Source: a bacterium (lineage in GTDB: Bacteria > UBP6 > JAFGXH01). From it: a stretch of 64,000 nt of DNA. The number at the start of each line of letters is the position of its first letter. Position 1 is the first letter of the stretch. A program made the position numbers and the translations under genes. Location of the stretch: positions 5,088-69,087 of the forward strand of contig JAMOQH010000172.1 in assembly GCA_027064085.1 (NCBI GenBank), in the 5' to 3' direction. Below are positions 55,688 through 64,000 of this stretch, one piece after another. The notes under the pieces were generated by a model. The model was not told where the DNA came from. It did no database searches and saw only the letters and a program-made list of their open reading frames with translations.

Positions 55688-57850
55688 ATGAAACTATTTG
55701 CAAAAAGTATTTTAATCTTTTTAACTTTACTAGCGATATCTTGTAGTGAAGCTAAAACAGGTAATGAGATTACTTTAAAAATTACACCAACAAAGTTAAC
55801 TTTTAAAACCATTTCTGTTGGTGATACTGATGTTCAATATTTTAAATTAAAGAATATTGGAAATGGAGACTTAAAAATTACATCTATGAATATTACTAAA
55901 AATTCTGAGTTGTATAAAATTAAAAATGATATAAAATATCCAATAGTGATAAAAGCAGGGGACTCTTATGCTGAAGATATTGAAATTGAGTATACTGCCA
56001 AAGATATTGAAGGAAGCGTTTCGGGTAGACTAGAAGTTGCCTCTAATGATTCTAAAGATGCAATTAAAACGGTATATCTTACTGCAGAAAAGGCTAATCC
56101 AAATATAAAGGTTTCTGTAGAAACAATTATATTTAATAAGTTAGTAATAAATCAATCAGAAGAATTTGATTTAATTGTTTATAACACAGGTACATCTGCA
56201 TTAAAGTTTGAAAAATATGATAATGATGGGGTTTTAGTTGCTACTAATAAAGATGCTTTTGAATTTGGTAATGGTACAAGTAATTCATTTGAGCTGGTAG
56301 GATTAGATAATGTAAGAACTCTTGAGCCTGTTAAATTTGAAAATGGTAATGAAATTTTTGATTCCTTTACTATAAAAGTTAAATATACTGCAGAAGGTAC
56401 AGGTACAGAAACGGGAACATTAAAAATTTATAATAATTCTGTAAATTCTAATCCTCTAAAAATTATAAATATTATGGCAAGTTCTGAGTCATGTGATTTA
56501 GTATTACAGCCAAGAGATGGTTTTGTTGATTTTGGAGAAAGGCCACAAGGTTCTACAAACCGTTTTACTGTTTTACTCGCAAATAAAGGTGCTCATGATT
56601 GTGAATTAAAAAAAGTTGAAATAGATAGAGCAAATACTTCTTCTGAGTTTGATATTGAATTACCTGAAGATACAGAATTCCCTGTTATAATAGGGGCTTC
56701 TGAAAGATTTCAGTTTAAAGTAGTGTTTAAACCTACTGAAGATACTGGAACAGGTGGTGCAGTGGGCATGATTAATTTGGAAGCCAATGATGAAAGATGG
56801 AATGGTGGTAAAAAACAAATTACAATTTCAGGAAGAAGCAAAGAAGATAACTCTCCTGTTTGTATTTTAAAAGATTTATATGATGGAGAACCTTATTTTG
56901 AAGTTGAACCGGGTCAAAGAGAAGCCATTGAATGTGTTGGGGCTGCCGTTTGTTCAAATGTACAAATGATAAGTGAATCTTATGACCCTAATCCTGACAA
57001 TAGTGGTAAGTTAACTCATACTTGGAGAATGGTAGAAGCACCTGCTGCTTATAGTAATCCTGATTGGATTTCATTTCCAACTAACGATCCTAATAATGTG
57101 AGAAATTTAGATCATCACTATGTTGATGTTTATGTTCCTTTTGCGACACCTCCAGGAACCAAATATTTAGTTGAATTAACTGTAACAAGTGATGGTGGCT
57201 TATCTTCTAAATGTTATGGTGAAATTCATGGATTAACCGGGAACTCTCTTCATGTTGAAATGTTTTGGGATGTACCTTCTGATGTGGATTTACATGTTAT
57301 GAATCCAATAGATCAAAATTTAAATATTAATGATATTGATGTAGAATATCCAAGCCAAGATTCTGATCTTGAAAACTGGAGAGAAAGAACTAACATTGAA
57401 TGGTGGGATGAATCCGCATCTCATCAAGCTGATTGCCATTGGAGAAACTGTAAAGGAAACGGTATAGAGTGGGGTGCTCCAGGTAGAGCAGATAATCCTA
57501 GTTTAGATAGAGATGATATTCCAGGTACCGGCCCAGAAAATATTAATATTGCTAAGCCACAAGAAGGATGGTATAGGGTTTCTTCACATTATTATTCTGC
57601 AGATGATAATGGAACAGATGTTCATATAAGGGTTTATTGTAATGGAACAGTTGCATATCAAAATTCTGCATTTTTACAAGATACTAATTATACTTGGCTT
57701 GTAAATGATATTTATTGGGAAGATTTAGGAAATAATGATGGTCAGTGCTATATATTTAGTGATGGCCGTATATTTAATTCTCGTCAAGGAGAGGGGCAGC
57801 CTGGTTATAGAGGAACAGTAATTGAAGATATTGAACCTGATAACGAATAA
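55688..57850 (+). CDS. Secreted lipoprotein; the N-terminal half is beta-rich (Ig-like?) and the C-terminal approximately 300 aa is a conserved-looking W/G/P/D-rich domain
   Basis: ATG at 55688 (MKLFAKSILIFLTLLAISC lipobox); the track start at 55634 is an upstream extension. The C-terminal region (…VEMFWDVPSDVDLHVMNP…CHWRNC…LDRDDIPGTGPENINI…VHIRVYCNG…) differs in composition from the rest. Confidence 0.5.
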   Translation: MKLFAKSILIFLTLLAISCSEAKTGNEITLKITPTKLTFKTISVGDTDVQYFKLKNIGNGDLKITSMNITKNSELYKIKNDIKYPIVIKAGDSYAEDIEIEYTAKDIEGSVSGRLEVASNDSKDAIKTVYLTAEKANPNIKVSVETIIFNKLVINQSEEFDLIVYNTGTSALKFEKYDNDGVLVATNKDAFEFGNGTSNSFELVGLDNVRTLEPVKFENGNEIFDSFTIKVKYTAEGTGTETGTLKIYNNSVNSNPLKIINIMASSESCDLVLQPRDGFVDFGERPQGSTNRFTVLLANKGAHDCELKKVEIDRANTSSEFDIELPEDTEFPVIIGASERFQFKVVFKPTEDTGTGGAVGMINLEANDERWNGGKKQITISGRSKEDNSPVCILKDLYDGEPYFEVEPGQREAIECVGAAVCSNVQMISESYDPNPDNSGKLTHTWRMVEAPAAYSNPDWISFPTNDPNNVRNLDHHYVDVYVPFATPPGTKYLVELTVTSDGGLSSKCYGEIHGLTGNSLHVEMFWDVPSDVDLHVMNPIDQNLNINDIDVEYPSQDSDLENWRERTNIEWWDESASHQADCHWRNCKGNGIEWGAPGRADNPSLDRDDIPGTGPENINIAKPQEGWYRVSSHYYSADDNGTDVHIRVYCNGTVAYQNSAFLQDTNYTWLVNDIYWEDLGNNDGQCYIFSDGRIFNSRQGEGQPGYRGTVIEDIEPDNE

Positions 57851-57941
57851 TTCTATATAAATTTTTCTCCAACAATTATACCAAAGTTATAAAAAATATA
57901 ATTTATTTATTTAATATATTATAATTTTCTAGTATCCTAAC

Positions 57942-57970
57942 TTGATAAAATATTATTTATAAGATATAGT
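57942..57970 (+). promoter_or_regulatory. Candidate sigma70 promoter TTGATA-17-TATAGT for the 58002 gene
   Basis: TTGATA at 57942-57947, a 17-nt spacer, then TATAGT at 57965-57970, about 31 nt before the ATG. Confidence 0.4.
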
Positions 57971-58001
57971 TGAATATTGATTCTTTTCTTTTGGGGGTAT
58001 T

Positions 58002-59384
58002 ATGAAGTATTTTTTTCTACTTATACTTATTTTCTTTGTTTCATGTGCTGAAACTACTCAAAAAACAGGTACAGAACCTGGAGTATTAGGCGGTAAGTGT
58101 TTTACAAATAATACTTGTAATAGTGGATTAATTTGTGAAGATGATAAATGTATTGAAGATAAATGTATAAATAAACAATGTGGAGATGAATGGCTAGAAT
58201 GTAATCAAGAAACTGGTAATTGTGATAAATTAAAATCAGGATTTTGTGCAGTAAATACAGATTGTAATACAGAAGCCAATGAAGTTTGCAATTCAGAACA
58301 TCATTGTGAAATACCTAGAAGCGATTTATGTAAAAATATTGATTGTTCTAGTGATGTAAATTCAGAATGTAATTCTGAAACTGGTAATTGCGAATGTAAA
58401 AGTGAATTTCATAAAGGGGTAAGCGGTATTTGTCTTTATAATACAAAAGAAGTAAACTGTCAAAAGCCAAATATAGAAAATTCAGAATATACTGATGCAA
58501 CAGTTACTGTTGAATGGAATACAGATACACAATCATGGAATAATACACCTATATGCGAATGGAGTTGCTTGGATGGATTTTATAAAAAATCTTTAAGTAA
58601 TGGTGAGGCTAAGGAAAACTATACTTGTGAACCTTGTTCATGTAGCGAATGGCAAACATGCTCTGATGCAGGGGATTGTACTTTAACAGTAGGGCGTTGT
58701 TCAACTAATAGTGATTGTGAAACAGGAAAGGAGTGCGATACAAATCATAACTGTGTAAACCCAGCAAGTCCATGTGAAGGTATTGATTGTGGCGGTAATG
58801 GAACATGTGTTGTATCACAAAATAATCTTGCTTTTTGTGATTGTAATGATAATTACTATGATGATGGAGCATTACATTGTGTTAATCCATGTGAAGGCAA
58901 AACTTGTAGTGGTCATGGAACTTGTAGCTCTACAACAATTTTAAATGCTCATTGTGAATGTGATGATAATTATTTTGCAGATGGATTTAATTGTATCTCT
59001 CCATGCACAGGGCATTGGGACTGTACTACAGGAAATAATGTTAATATAGATGACGAAAGAGAAACGACTACTCCGCCTCCAGATGAACGCCCAAGAGGTG
59101 TTTGTACTGCAGAAACTGTTAATACTCCTATTTGTGATTGTATAACTAATTATGAAGACCCTGATAATGATTTGATTTGTACTCCTGTGGATCCTTGTAA
59201 TGGGGCTTGTAATACTTGGGAAACCTGTAATTCTGGAGTTTGTGAAGCAAAACCTGGAAGATGTAATAATATCGCTGATTGTGACAACAATTCATGCACA
59301 AGAAAAAACTCTTCTGTTTCTCCACCTCCAGAGTGTATATGTGATACAGATACTCATTATTGTGTACCATTTGATGCTCAATAA
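58002..59384 (+). CDS. Cys-rich secreted lipoprotein with multiple EGF-like modules, including two C-x2-4-C-x2-W-[QE]-x-C modules
   Basis: Lipobox (IFFVSC). About 70 Cys in 460 aa. Modules CSCSEWQTCSDAGDCTLTVGRCSTNSDCETGKEC and CNGACNTWETCNSGVCEAKPGRCNNIADCDNNSC, plus many C-x-C…NYYDDG units. Confidence 0.6.
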   Translation: MKYFFLLILIFFVSCAETTQKTGTEPGVLGGKCFTNNTCNSGLICEDDKCIEDKCINKQCGDEWLECNQETGNCDKLKSGFCAVNTDCNTEANEVCNSEHHCEIPRSDLCKNIDCSSDVNSECNSETGNCECKSEFHKGVSGICLYNTKEVNCQKPNIENSEYTDATVTVEWNTDTQSWNNTPICEWSCLDGFYKKSLSNGEAKENYTCEPCSCSEWQTCSDAGDCTLTVGRCSTNSDCETGKECDTNHNCVNPASPCEGIDCGGNGTCVVSQNNLAFCDCNDNYYDDGALHCVNPCEGKTCSGHGTCSSTTILNAHCECDDNYFADGFNCISPCTGHWDCTTGNNVNIDDERETTTPPPDERPRGVCTAETVNTPICDCITNYEDPDNDLICTPVDPCNGACNTWETCNSGVCEAKPGRCNNIADCDNNSCTRKNSSVSPPPECICDTDTHYCVPFDAQ

Positions 59385-59561
59385 CATTGAATAATAATTA
59401 CAAATATAAAATTTTTTTATTGTGCAGTTTCAACCTTGTTTTACAAGTTTTACACTGAAAAATTAGCTTGTAATCTAATTTTTATATTAAATAAATAAAC
59501 ATTATTTTAAACAATATATAGCCACGATAGTGGCCAGATGGAGATAAAGAAAAAATAAAAA

Positions 59562-60344
59562 CTATTCACCTTTAAATTCAGCTTTTCTCTTTTCCATAAA
59601 TGCAGTCATACCTTCTTTTTGATCTTTTGTTCCAAAAAGCGAGCCAAATGCTTGTGATTCTAATTCAACTGCTTGAGGCATATCCATACTAAGGCCTTTA
59701 TTTATTACCTTTTTTGCATAAGCAACTGCAATAGGGGCATTATTTGCTATTTTCTTAGCAGTTTTAATAGTTTCTTCCATTAATTCTTCTGGGGCAAATA
59801 TTTTATTGATAATTCCAAGCCTTAATGCTTCATCTGCCTTGATGATATCTCCAGTATAAACCAACTCTTTTGCTCTAGCCGTTCCTATTAATCTTGTAAG
59901 TCTTTGAGTTCCTCCAAAGCCTGGAATTACCCCAAGTCCAACTTCGGGTTGCCCAAATTTAGCTCTATTAGATGCATAAGCAAAATCACATGCCATTGTA
60001 AGTTCACAGCCTCCACCAAGAGCAAATCCATTAACGGCTGCAATATAAATTTTATCACTTTCATTAATATTTAAACCTAATTTTTGCCCTTCCATTGCAA
60101 AAACATAAGCTTCTCTAGTTGTTAAATTACTCATTGCCTTAATATCTGCACCTGCAACAAAAGATTTTTCTCCTCCACCTGTTAATATTACTACTTTAAT
60201 ATTATCAAGTTTTTCTATTTCTAAATAAGCTATATTTAACTCAGAAACAGTTTCTGGATTTAAGGCATTTAATGCTTTTGGTCTATCTATTTTTAATATT
60301 GCATAGTTATCAAATAATTCTAATTTTATATTTTTATATTCCAT
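59562..60344 (-). CDS. Enoyl-CoA hydratase (crotonase family)
   Basis: 260 aa. Crotonase fold motifs (…VVILTGGGEKSFVAGADI…; AAVNGFALGGGCELTMACDF). It is immediately downstream of the 3-hydroxyacyl-CoA dehydrogenase gene. Confidence 0.85.
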   Translation of the reverse strand: MEYKNIKLELFDNYAILKIDRPKALNALNPETVSELNIAYLEIEKLDNIKVVILTGGGEKSFVAGADIKAMSNLTTREAYVFAMEGQKLGLNINESDKIYIAAVNGFALGGGCELTMACDFAYASNRAKFGQPEVGLGVIPGFGGTQRLTRLIGTARAKELVYTGDIIKADEALRLGIINKIFAPEELMEETIKTAKKIANNAPIAVAYAKKVINKGLSMDMPQAVELESQAFGSLFGTKDQKEGMTAFMEKRKAEFKGE

Positions 60345-60414
60345 TTTCTTCCCTGATCAATACAATGTCTCAATGCTACATTAGTTAATAATAAATTCTC
60401 TTTTTAGGATAACA

Positions 60415-61266
60415 CTATTTATTATAGTTATAAAATCCACGCCCTGATTTTCTTCCTAAATAGCCTGCTGCCACATATTTTTTAAGTAATGGACATGGTC
60501 TGTATTTAGGATCCCCTAAACCTTCGTGTAATACTTCTAAAATATATAAACATGTATCAAGTCCAATAAAATCAGCTAAAGTTAATGGCCCCATAGGCTG
60601 ATTTGTTCCATATTTCATCGCGGTATCAATATCTTCAACTGACGCTAGTCCTTCCATTAGTGCAAAAACAGCTTCATTAATCATAGGCATTAATATTCTA
60701 TTTACTATAAATCCAGGATAATCTTGAGATAATACTGTAATTTTACCCATTCTTTCAGCAGCTTCTTTTACTGTATTGTAAGTTTCATCTGTAGTTTGTA
60801 AACCTTTAATAAGTTCAACAAGTTTCATAACAGGAACAGGATTCATAAAATGCATTCCTACAACTTTTTCTGGTCTATTTGTGGCGGCTGCGATTTCAGT
60901 AAGTGAAATACTTGATGTGTTACTTGCTAGAATAGTAGTTTCTTTTGTGATTTCTCCTAACTTTTTAAATATATCAAATTTAATTTTTTTGTTTTCTGTT
61001 GCAGCTTCAACAACTAAGTCAACATCAGCTAAATCTTCTAATTTTGTTGCAACTGTTAAATTACCTAAAAATTTAATTTTATCCTCTTCAGTAATTTTTT
61101 CTTTTTTTACTAGTTTTGATATTCCTTTTTCTATATAAGCTTTCCCTTTTGCTAATTGTTCTTCGCTTACATCCATCATTATAACAGTATAGCCACTTAC
61201 AAGTGCAACTTGAACAATACCGCTACCCATTTGTCCACTACCTATTACCCCAATTTTTTTTATCAT
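60415..61266 (-). CDS. 3-hydroxybutyryl-CoA / 3-hydroxyacyl-CoA dehydrogenase
   Basis: NAD Rossmann motif [16 protein letters not shown]. 283 aa, the typical Hbd length. The C-terminal domain is conserved (…[15 protein letters not shown]…). Confidence 0.85.
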   Translation of the reverse strand: MIKKIGVIGSGQMGSGIVQVALVSGYTVIMMDVSEEQLAKGKAYIEKGISKLVKKEKITEEDKIKFLGNLTVATKLEDLADVDLVVEAATENKKIKFDIFKKLGEITKETTILASNTSSISLTEIAAATNRPEKVVGMHFMNPVPVMKLVELIKGLQTTDETYNTVKEAAERMGKITVLSQDYPGFIVNRILMPMINEAVFALMEGLASVEDIDTAMKYGTNQPMGPLTLADFIGLDTCLYILEVLHEGLGDPKYRPCPLLKKYVAAGYLGRKSGRGFYNYNK

Positions 61267-61451
61267 AATATTCTCCTAAAAATAATAATTAATATATCCT
61301 TATTAAAGCCATTTTGCAAATATTTCTTATATTTTGTATTAAAATTATTGTTTAAGTTTATATTGTTTAAAAGAATTAATCAACATTAATAAAATGTTTT
61401 GAATTTCTAAGGTAAATTAGTTTCAATGAATTTATTTTTTTAATATAGTAA

Positions 61452-61476
61452 ATTAAATGGAGTTGTGATAAAAATT
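61452..61476. repeat. 25-nt intergenic repeat, copy 1 (ATTAAATGGAGTTGTGATAAAAATT)
   Basis: Exact 25/25 identity with 62874-62898. It sits directly 3' of the stop of the minus-strand gene 61489..61866. Confidence 0.7.
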
Positions 61477-61488
61477 AAGCCATTACAT

Positions 61489-61866
61489 TTAATTACAACT
61501 ATTAGTACTACTATAATAAGCACCATTTATGATAACTCCTCCATCATAAGCAGAAACAGGATAGTCATAACATCCAGTGTTATCACAAGTATTTAATGTA
61601 CACTTATCAACACTATAGGTTCCACTTTCTATTGCTCCACCACAACCTGAAATGGGGTTCCATATTTCATGATACCAGTTTCCTGCTCCATCAAAACAGT
61701 AATATTCTAGTAAATCTGAATTGTTTGGTGAAAAACAACCAGATAAATCAGAGGTAACATAATTTTGTGTACAAGTAGGATTATTGTTGTTATTGCTATT
61801 GTTAGAATCTTCTTTTCCACATGAAATAATAAAAAACATGATAACAATTAATAATAAATACTTCAT
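61489..61866 (-). CDS. Small Cys-rich lipoprotein, unknown function
   Basis: Lipobox (FFIISC). An N-rich linker. 10 Cys in 125 aa. Confidence 0.5.
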   Translation of the reverse strand: MKYLLLIVIMFFIISCGKEDSNNSNNNNNPTCTQNYVTSDLSGCFSPNNSDLLEYYCFDGAGNWYHEIWNPISGCGGAIESGTYSVDKCTLNTCDNTGCYDYPVSAYDGGVIINGAYYSSTNSCN

Positions 61867-61955
61867 AAGATCTCCAATGATTACTTTAATATTATAAGAC
61901 TATTTTATTCTTAATTCAAGTAATTAGAATTTTAAAATGTATTATTTATCAATAT

Positions 61956-62813
61956 CTATTTATCATAAAGTAAGATAATATCCTTTTCATTTGCATTAAT
62001 TGCATTTGCAATCACATTACATTTAATAATAAAAAGATAAAAAATATTTCTATTTGTTATTTTATATAATGATTCAAAATTTCCCATTCCTTTTGCAATA
62101 ATAACATCTGCTTCATTAAATATTTGTTTTGATTCTTCATTTGCATATTTTAAATCATATCCAGGAGTAGGAACACCCGTATCAATTATTGTTGCAAATT
62201 TTGGCATATCGCTATTTTTTGCTTCTTTAATGGTAACATCGTTGATTATTGGTTTTCCTCTAACAAAATAAAAAAGTTCAATTTCAAACATAGATTTTAA
62301 AACATCTGCTAAAAGAACATCAAGAATATTTTCTCCACAATTATCACCAATAATAACTACTTTTTTTGCTTTTTTAAGTTTTCCTTTTAATTCTAAATAG
62401 TTATCAATTTTAAATGGAGTATTAAAAATGTTTTCTAATGTTTCTTTTAGGTTAAATTGTTTTTTTGCCCCGAAATCAATTACATTTCCTACAACTGCAA
62501 TTTTTAAAGCAGTTAACAATTTATCATTACTTTTACTAATCTTTTCATATAAAAATGGTTTAAAACTTTTAACTTCTTTGATGGCTTCTTTTTTTGCTTT
62601 TAATAAAGGGTCTGGATTATTTGTGATATCTTCAATTAATTTATAGGTGTCTTTTGCAATTTGTGGAGCAGTAAAATCAAGTGAATAATTTGGTAAGATT
62701 TTAGCTATTTCAAATAAAATTTTTGCTGATGTCTTATCATCTAAATTAAGAAGTTTTGTTGTTTTAAGTGCCTGATTAAAGAGGCATACAAGGCAATCTG
62801 GTTTTATATTCAT
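61956..62813 (-). CDS. DUF89-family (ARMT1-like damage-control phosphatase fold) protein
   Basis: N-terminal MNIKPDCLVCLFNQALK (the C-x2-C-x3-Q start typical of the family) and a C-terminal …IIAKGMGNFE motif. 285 aa. Confidence 0.45.
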   Translation of the reverse strand: MNIKPDCLVCLFNQALKTTKLLNLDDKTSAKILFEIAKILPNYSLDFTAPQIAKDTYKLIEDITNNPDPLLKAKKEAIKEVKSFKPFLYEKISKSNDKLLTALKIAVVGNVIDFGAKKQFNLKETLENIFNTPFKIDNYLELKGKLKKAKKVVIIGDNCGENILDVLLADVLKSMFEIELFYFVRGKPIINDVTIKEAKNSDMPKFATIIDTGVPTPGYDLKYANEESKQIFNEADVIIAKGMGNFESLYKITNRNIFYLFIIKCNVIANAINANEKDIILLYDK

Positions 62814-62873
62814 TTTATATACCTAATTTTTTCTAAAATTACTGATCCATATATTTTTAGTTATAATGATTTC

Positions 62874-62898
62874 ATTAAATGGAGTTGTGATAAAAATT
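62874..62898. repeat. 25-nt intergenic repeat, copy 2 (ATTAAATGGAGTTGTGATAAAAATT)
   Basis: Exact copy of 61452-61476. It ends 2 nt from the stop of the minus-strand outer-membrane protein gene 62901..63413 and lies 60-85 nt upstream of the DUF89 gene start. Confidence 0.7.
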
Positions 62899-62900
62899 TA

Positions 62901-63413
62901 TTAAAATCCCCATAAAATACCAACTGACAAGAAATAATTTTTTATATTACCATTATCAGCTAACATTATTCTGTAATTCCCCTCACCCAAAAAAGAAATA
63001 TTTGATACTAAGTTTAAAGATGCTCCAACTCCAACTCCAACATGAGGAGATATTCCATCTTTAGCACTTAATTGGATTTGTGTTAATCCACCTGTTCCAA
63101 GAGCATAAATAGTTAATGCAGCCAAAGGCACTTTAAATTTTGCAGATATTGAGATATCAGTTGCTACTAAATCAGAACCTAAATAATCAACTCTATAAAG
63201 CATAGCTGAAGGAACAATATTAAATGTTGAAATTAATGGAATGTCAACATAAAATCCCCAAATAAGACTGCCGTGGTCTTTTATTACATCTTTTTTTGAT
63301 ATATCTGAATAGTTATATCCTGCAGCAACTCCAAGTTTTACGCCCGAAGAATTATTGCCGGCAAGTAAAGATACAGATAATAACATAGTTAAAATAATTA
63401 TTAATTTTTTCAT
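62901..63413 (-). CDS. Small outer-membrane beta-barrel protein (OmpW/OmpA-barrel-like, C-terminal Phe)
   Basis: Signal peptide MKKLIIILTMLLSVSLLAG. About 8 amphipathic strands. C-terminal …SVGILWGF. Confidence 0.5.
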   Translation of the reverse strand: MKKLIIILTMLLSVSLLAGNNSSGVKLGVAAGYNYSDISKKDVIKDHGSLIWGFYVDIPLISTFNIVPSAMLYRVDYLGSDLVATDISISAKFKVPLAALTIYALGTGGLTQIQLSAKDGISPHVGVGVGASLNLVSNISFLGEGNYRIMLADNGNIKNYFLSVGILWGF

Positions 63414-63485
63414 GAATTCTCCTACTAATAATTAGTCCATTATAAATTATAAATTAAAAAAATGCAAATTGTAGTTAATATTGTT

Positions 63486-63947
63486 TTATTTTTTTATTTT
63501 CTTAGATGCTTCTTTTACTGATTTCATAATAGGAATATATCCCGTACATCTACACATATTACCTTCAAGAGCTGTTTTAATTTGCATATCTGATGGATTA
63601 GGAACTTTATCTAGTAATGCTTTAGCACTCATCAACATTCCAGGGGTACAAAAACCACATTGAATAGCACCATGTTCAACAAATGACTCTTGTAATTCAG
63701 GAGCAGATTTCTCTAGGTTTTCTACGGTTTCTATAGTTGCTCCATCAGCTTGAGTAGCCATTACTAAACAAGAATTAACTGCTTCACCATTCATAATTAC
63801 TGTACAAGCACCACATTCTCCAACTCCACAACCTTCTTTTGTTCCAGTTAAGGCTAAATCTTCTCTAATTAAGTCTAGAAGTCTTAAATTTGATTTTACT
63901 TCTAGTGTTCTTTCTTCACCGTTTATATTTATTGTTATTTTATTCAT
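63486..63947 (-). CDS. (2Fe-2S)-binding small subunit of a molybdenum hydroxylase (CoxS/XdhC-like)
   Basis: Two Cys clusters, GCGVGECGACTV and QCGFCTPGM…CRCTGY; 153 aa. Partner subunits would lie upstream, beyond the window end. Confidence 0.8.
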   Translation of the reverse strand: MNKITININGEERTLEVKSNLRLLDLIREDLALTGTKEGCGVGECGACTVIMNGEAVNSCLVMATQADGATIETVENLEKSAPELQESFVEHGAIQCGFCTPGMLMSAKALLDKVPNPSDMQIKTALEGNMCRCTGYIPIMKSVKEASKKIKK

Positions 63948-64000
63948 TTTTCCTCTAATATGGTTAATAACGCATCTCTCAACATATTTTTAAAAACAGG

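Noticed and set aside
59437-59534. Inverted repeats TTACAAG…CTTGTAA (19-nt loop) and GCCAC-gata-GTGGC in the convergent gap between the Cys-rich lipoprotein and crotonase genes
   Set aside because: They could be terminators, but the loop is too large and the stem too short respectively, and no T-run follows. Not supportable without RNA data.
61459-61470. Mini-ORF ATG-GAG-TTG-TGA (M-E-L-stop) inside both copies of the 25-nt repeat
   Set aside because: There is no RBS at appropriate spacing on the plus strand. It most likely arises by chance from the repeat sequence. I kept the repeat itself as a finding.
1-64000. Searched intergenic regions for tRNA/rRNA genes, CRISPR arrays, IS elements, integrases and toxin-antitoxin pairs
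   Set aside because: All intergenic regions are at most 272 bp, AT-rich and without cloverleaf-compatible GC-rich stems. There are no direct-repeat/spacer arrays and no transposase or integrase-like ORFs. The small ORF pairs present (csrA/fliW) are regulatory, not TA modules.

Overview
Very AT-rich (about 30% GC by eye) Gram-negative chromosomal segment with short intergenic gaps; almost all ORFs of 100 aa or more look real. No rRNA, tRNA, CRISPR array, transposase or integrase was recognisable by eye. The window opens with a complex I (nuo) operon in a permuted order, L(partial)-M-N-A-B-C-D-G(short)-H-I, with no nuoE/nuoF between D and G. A type IV pilus module follows with its own sigma70-like promoter: pilB, pilT, then a polytopic sensor kinase and a sigma54-type response regulator (PilS/PilR-like). 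Next come a small membrane protein, a 7TM-HD (PgpH-like) phosphohydrolase translationally coupled to tatA, an Asn/Lys-rich secreted protein, csrA-fliW (in that order), a 1627-aa lipoprotein (PKD + CARDB-like repeats + PPC domains + EGF-like Cys repeats) whose stop overlaps ruvC, and about 19 kb dominated by secreted, lipoprotein and outer-membrane proteins (roughly 26.8-45.5 kb). That accessory-like stretch includes a tandem pair of paralogous beta-propeller proteins, a CsgG-like lipoprotein with an adjacent outer-membrane barrel, and a GH3/lipoprotein/FecR-domain/TPR cluster. Housekeeping genes are interspersed: acyl-CoA dehydrogenase, glyQ (without glyS), mnmG, a type IV pilin, crotonase and 3-hydroxyacyl-CoA dehydrogenase, and a CoxS-like 2Fe-2S protein at the window edge. 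The most distinctive signal I can support is a recurring, apparently lineage-specific Cys-rich secreted module (C-x3-C-x2-W-[QE]-x-C ... G-[RK]-C ... D-C) present in at least three lipoproteins, one of them fused to a paralog-pair beta-propeller, plus EGF-like tandem repeats in the giant surface protein. Low GC, type IV pili, csrA/fliW and abundant Cys-rich EGF-like lipoproteins are reminiscent of Bdellovibrionota/Oligoflexia- or myxobacteria-like predatory lineages. This is a guess from composition and gene content, not a database result. Several ORF-track starts use TTG/GTG; where an ATG with a good GGAGG-type RBS lies a few codons downstream I used that start.
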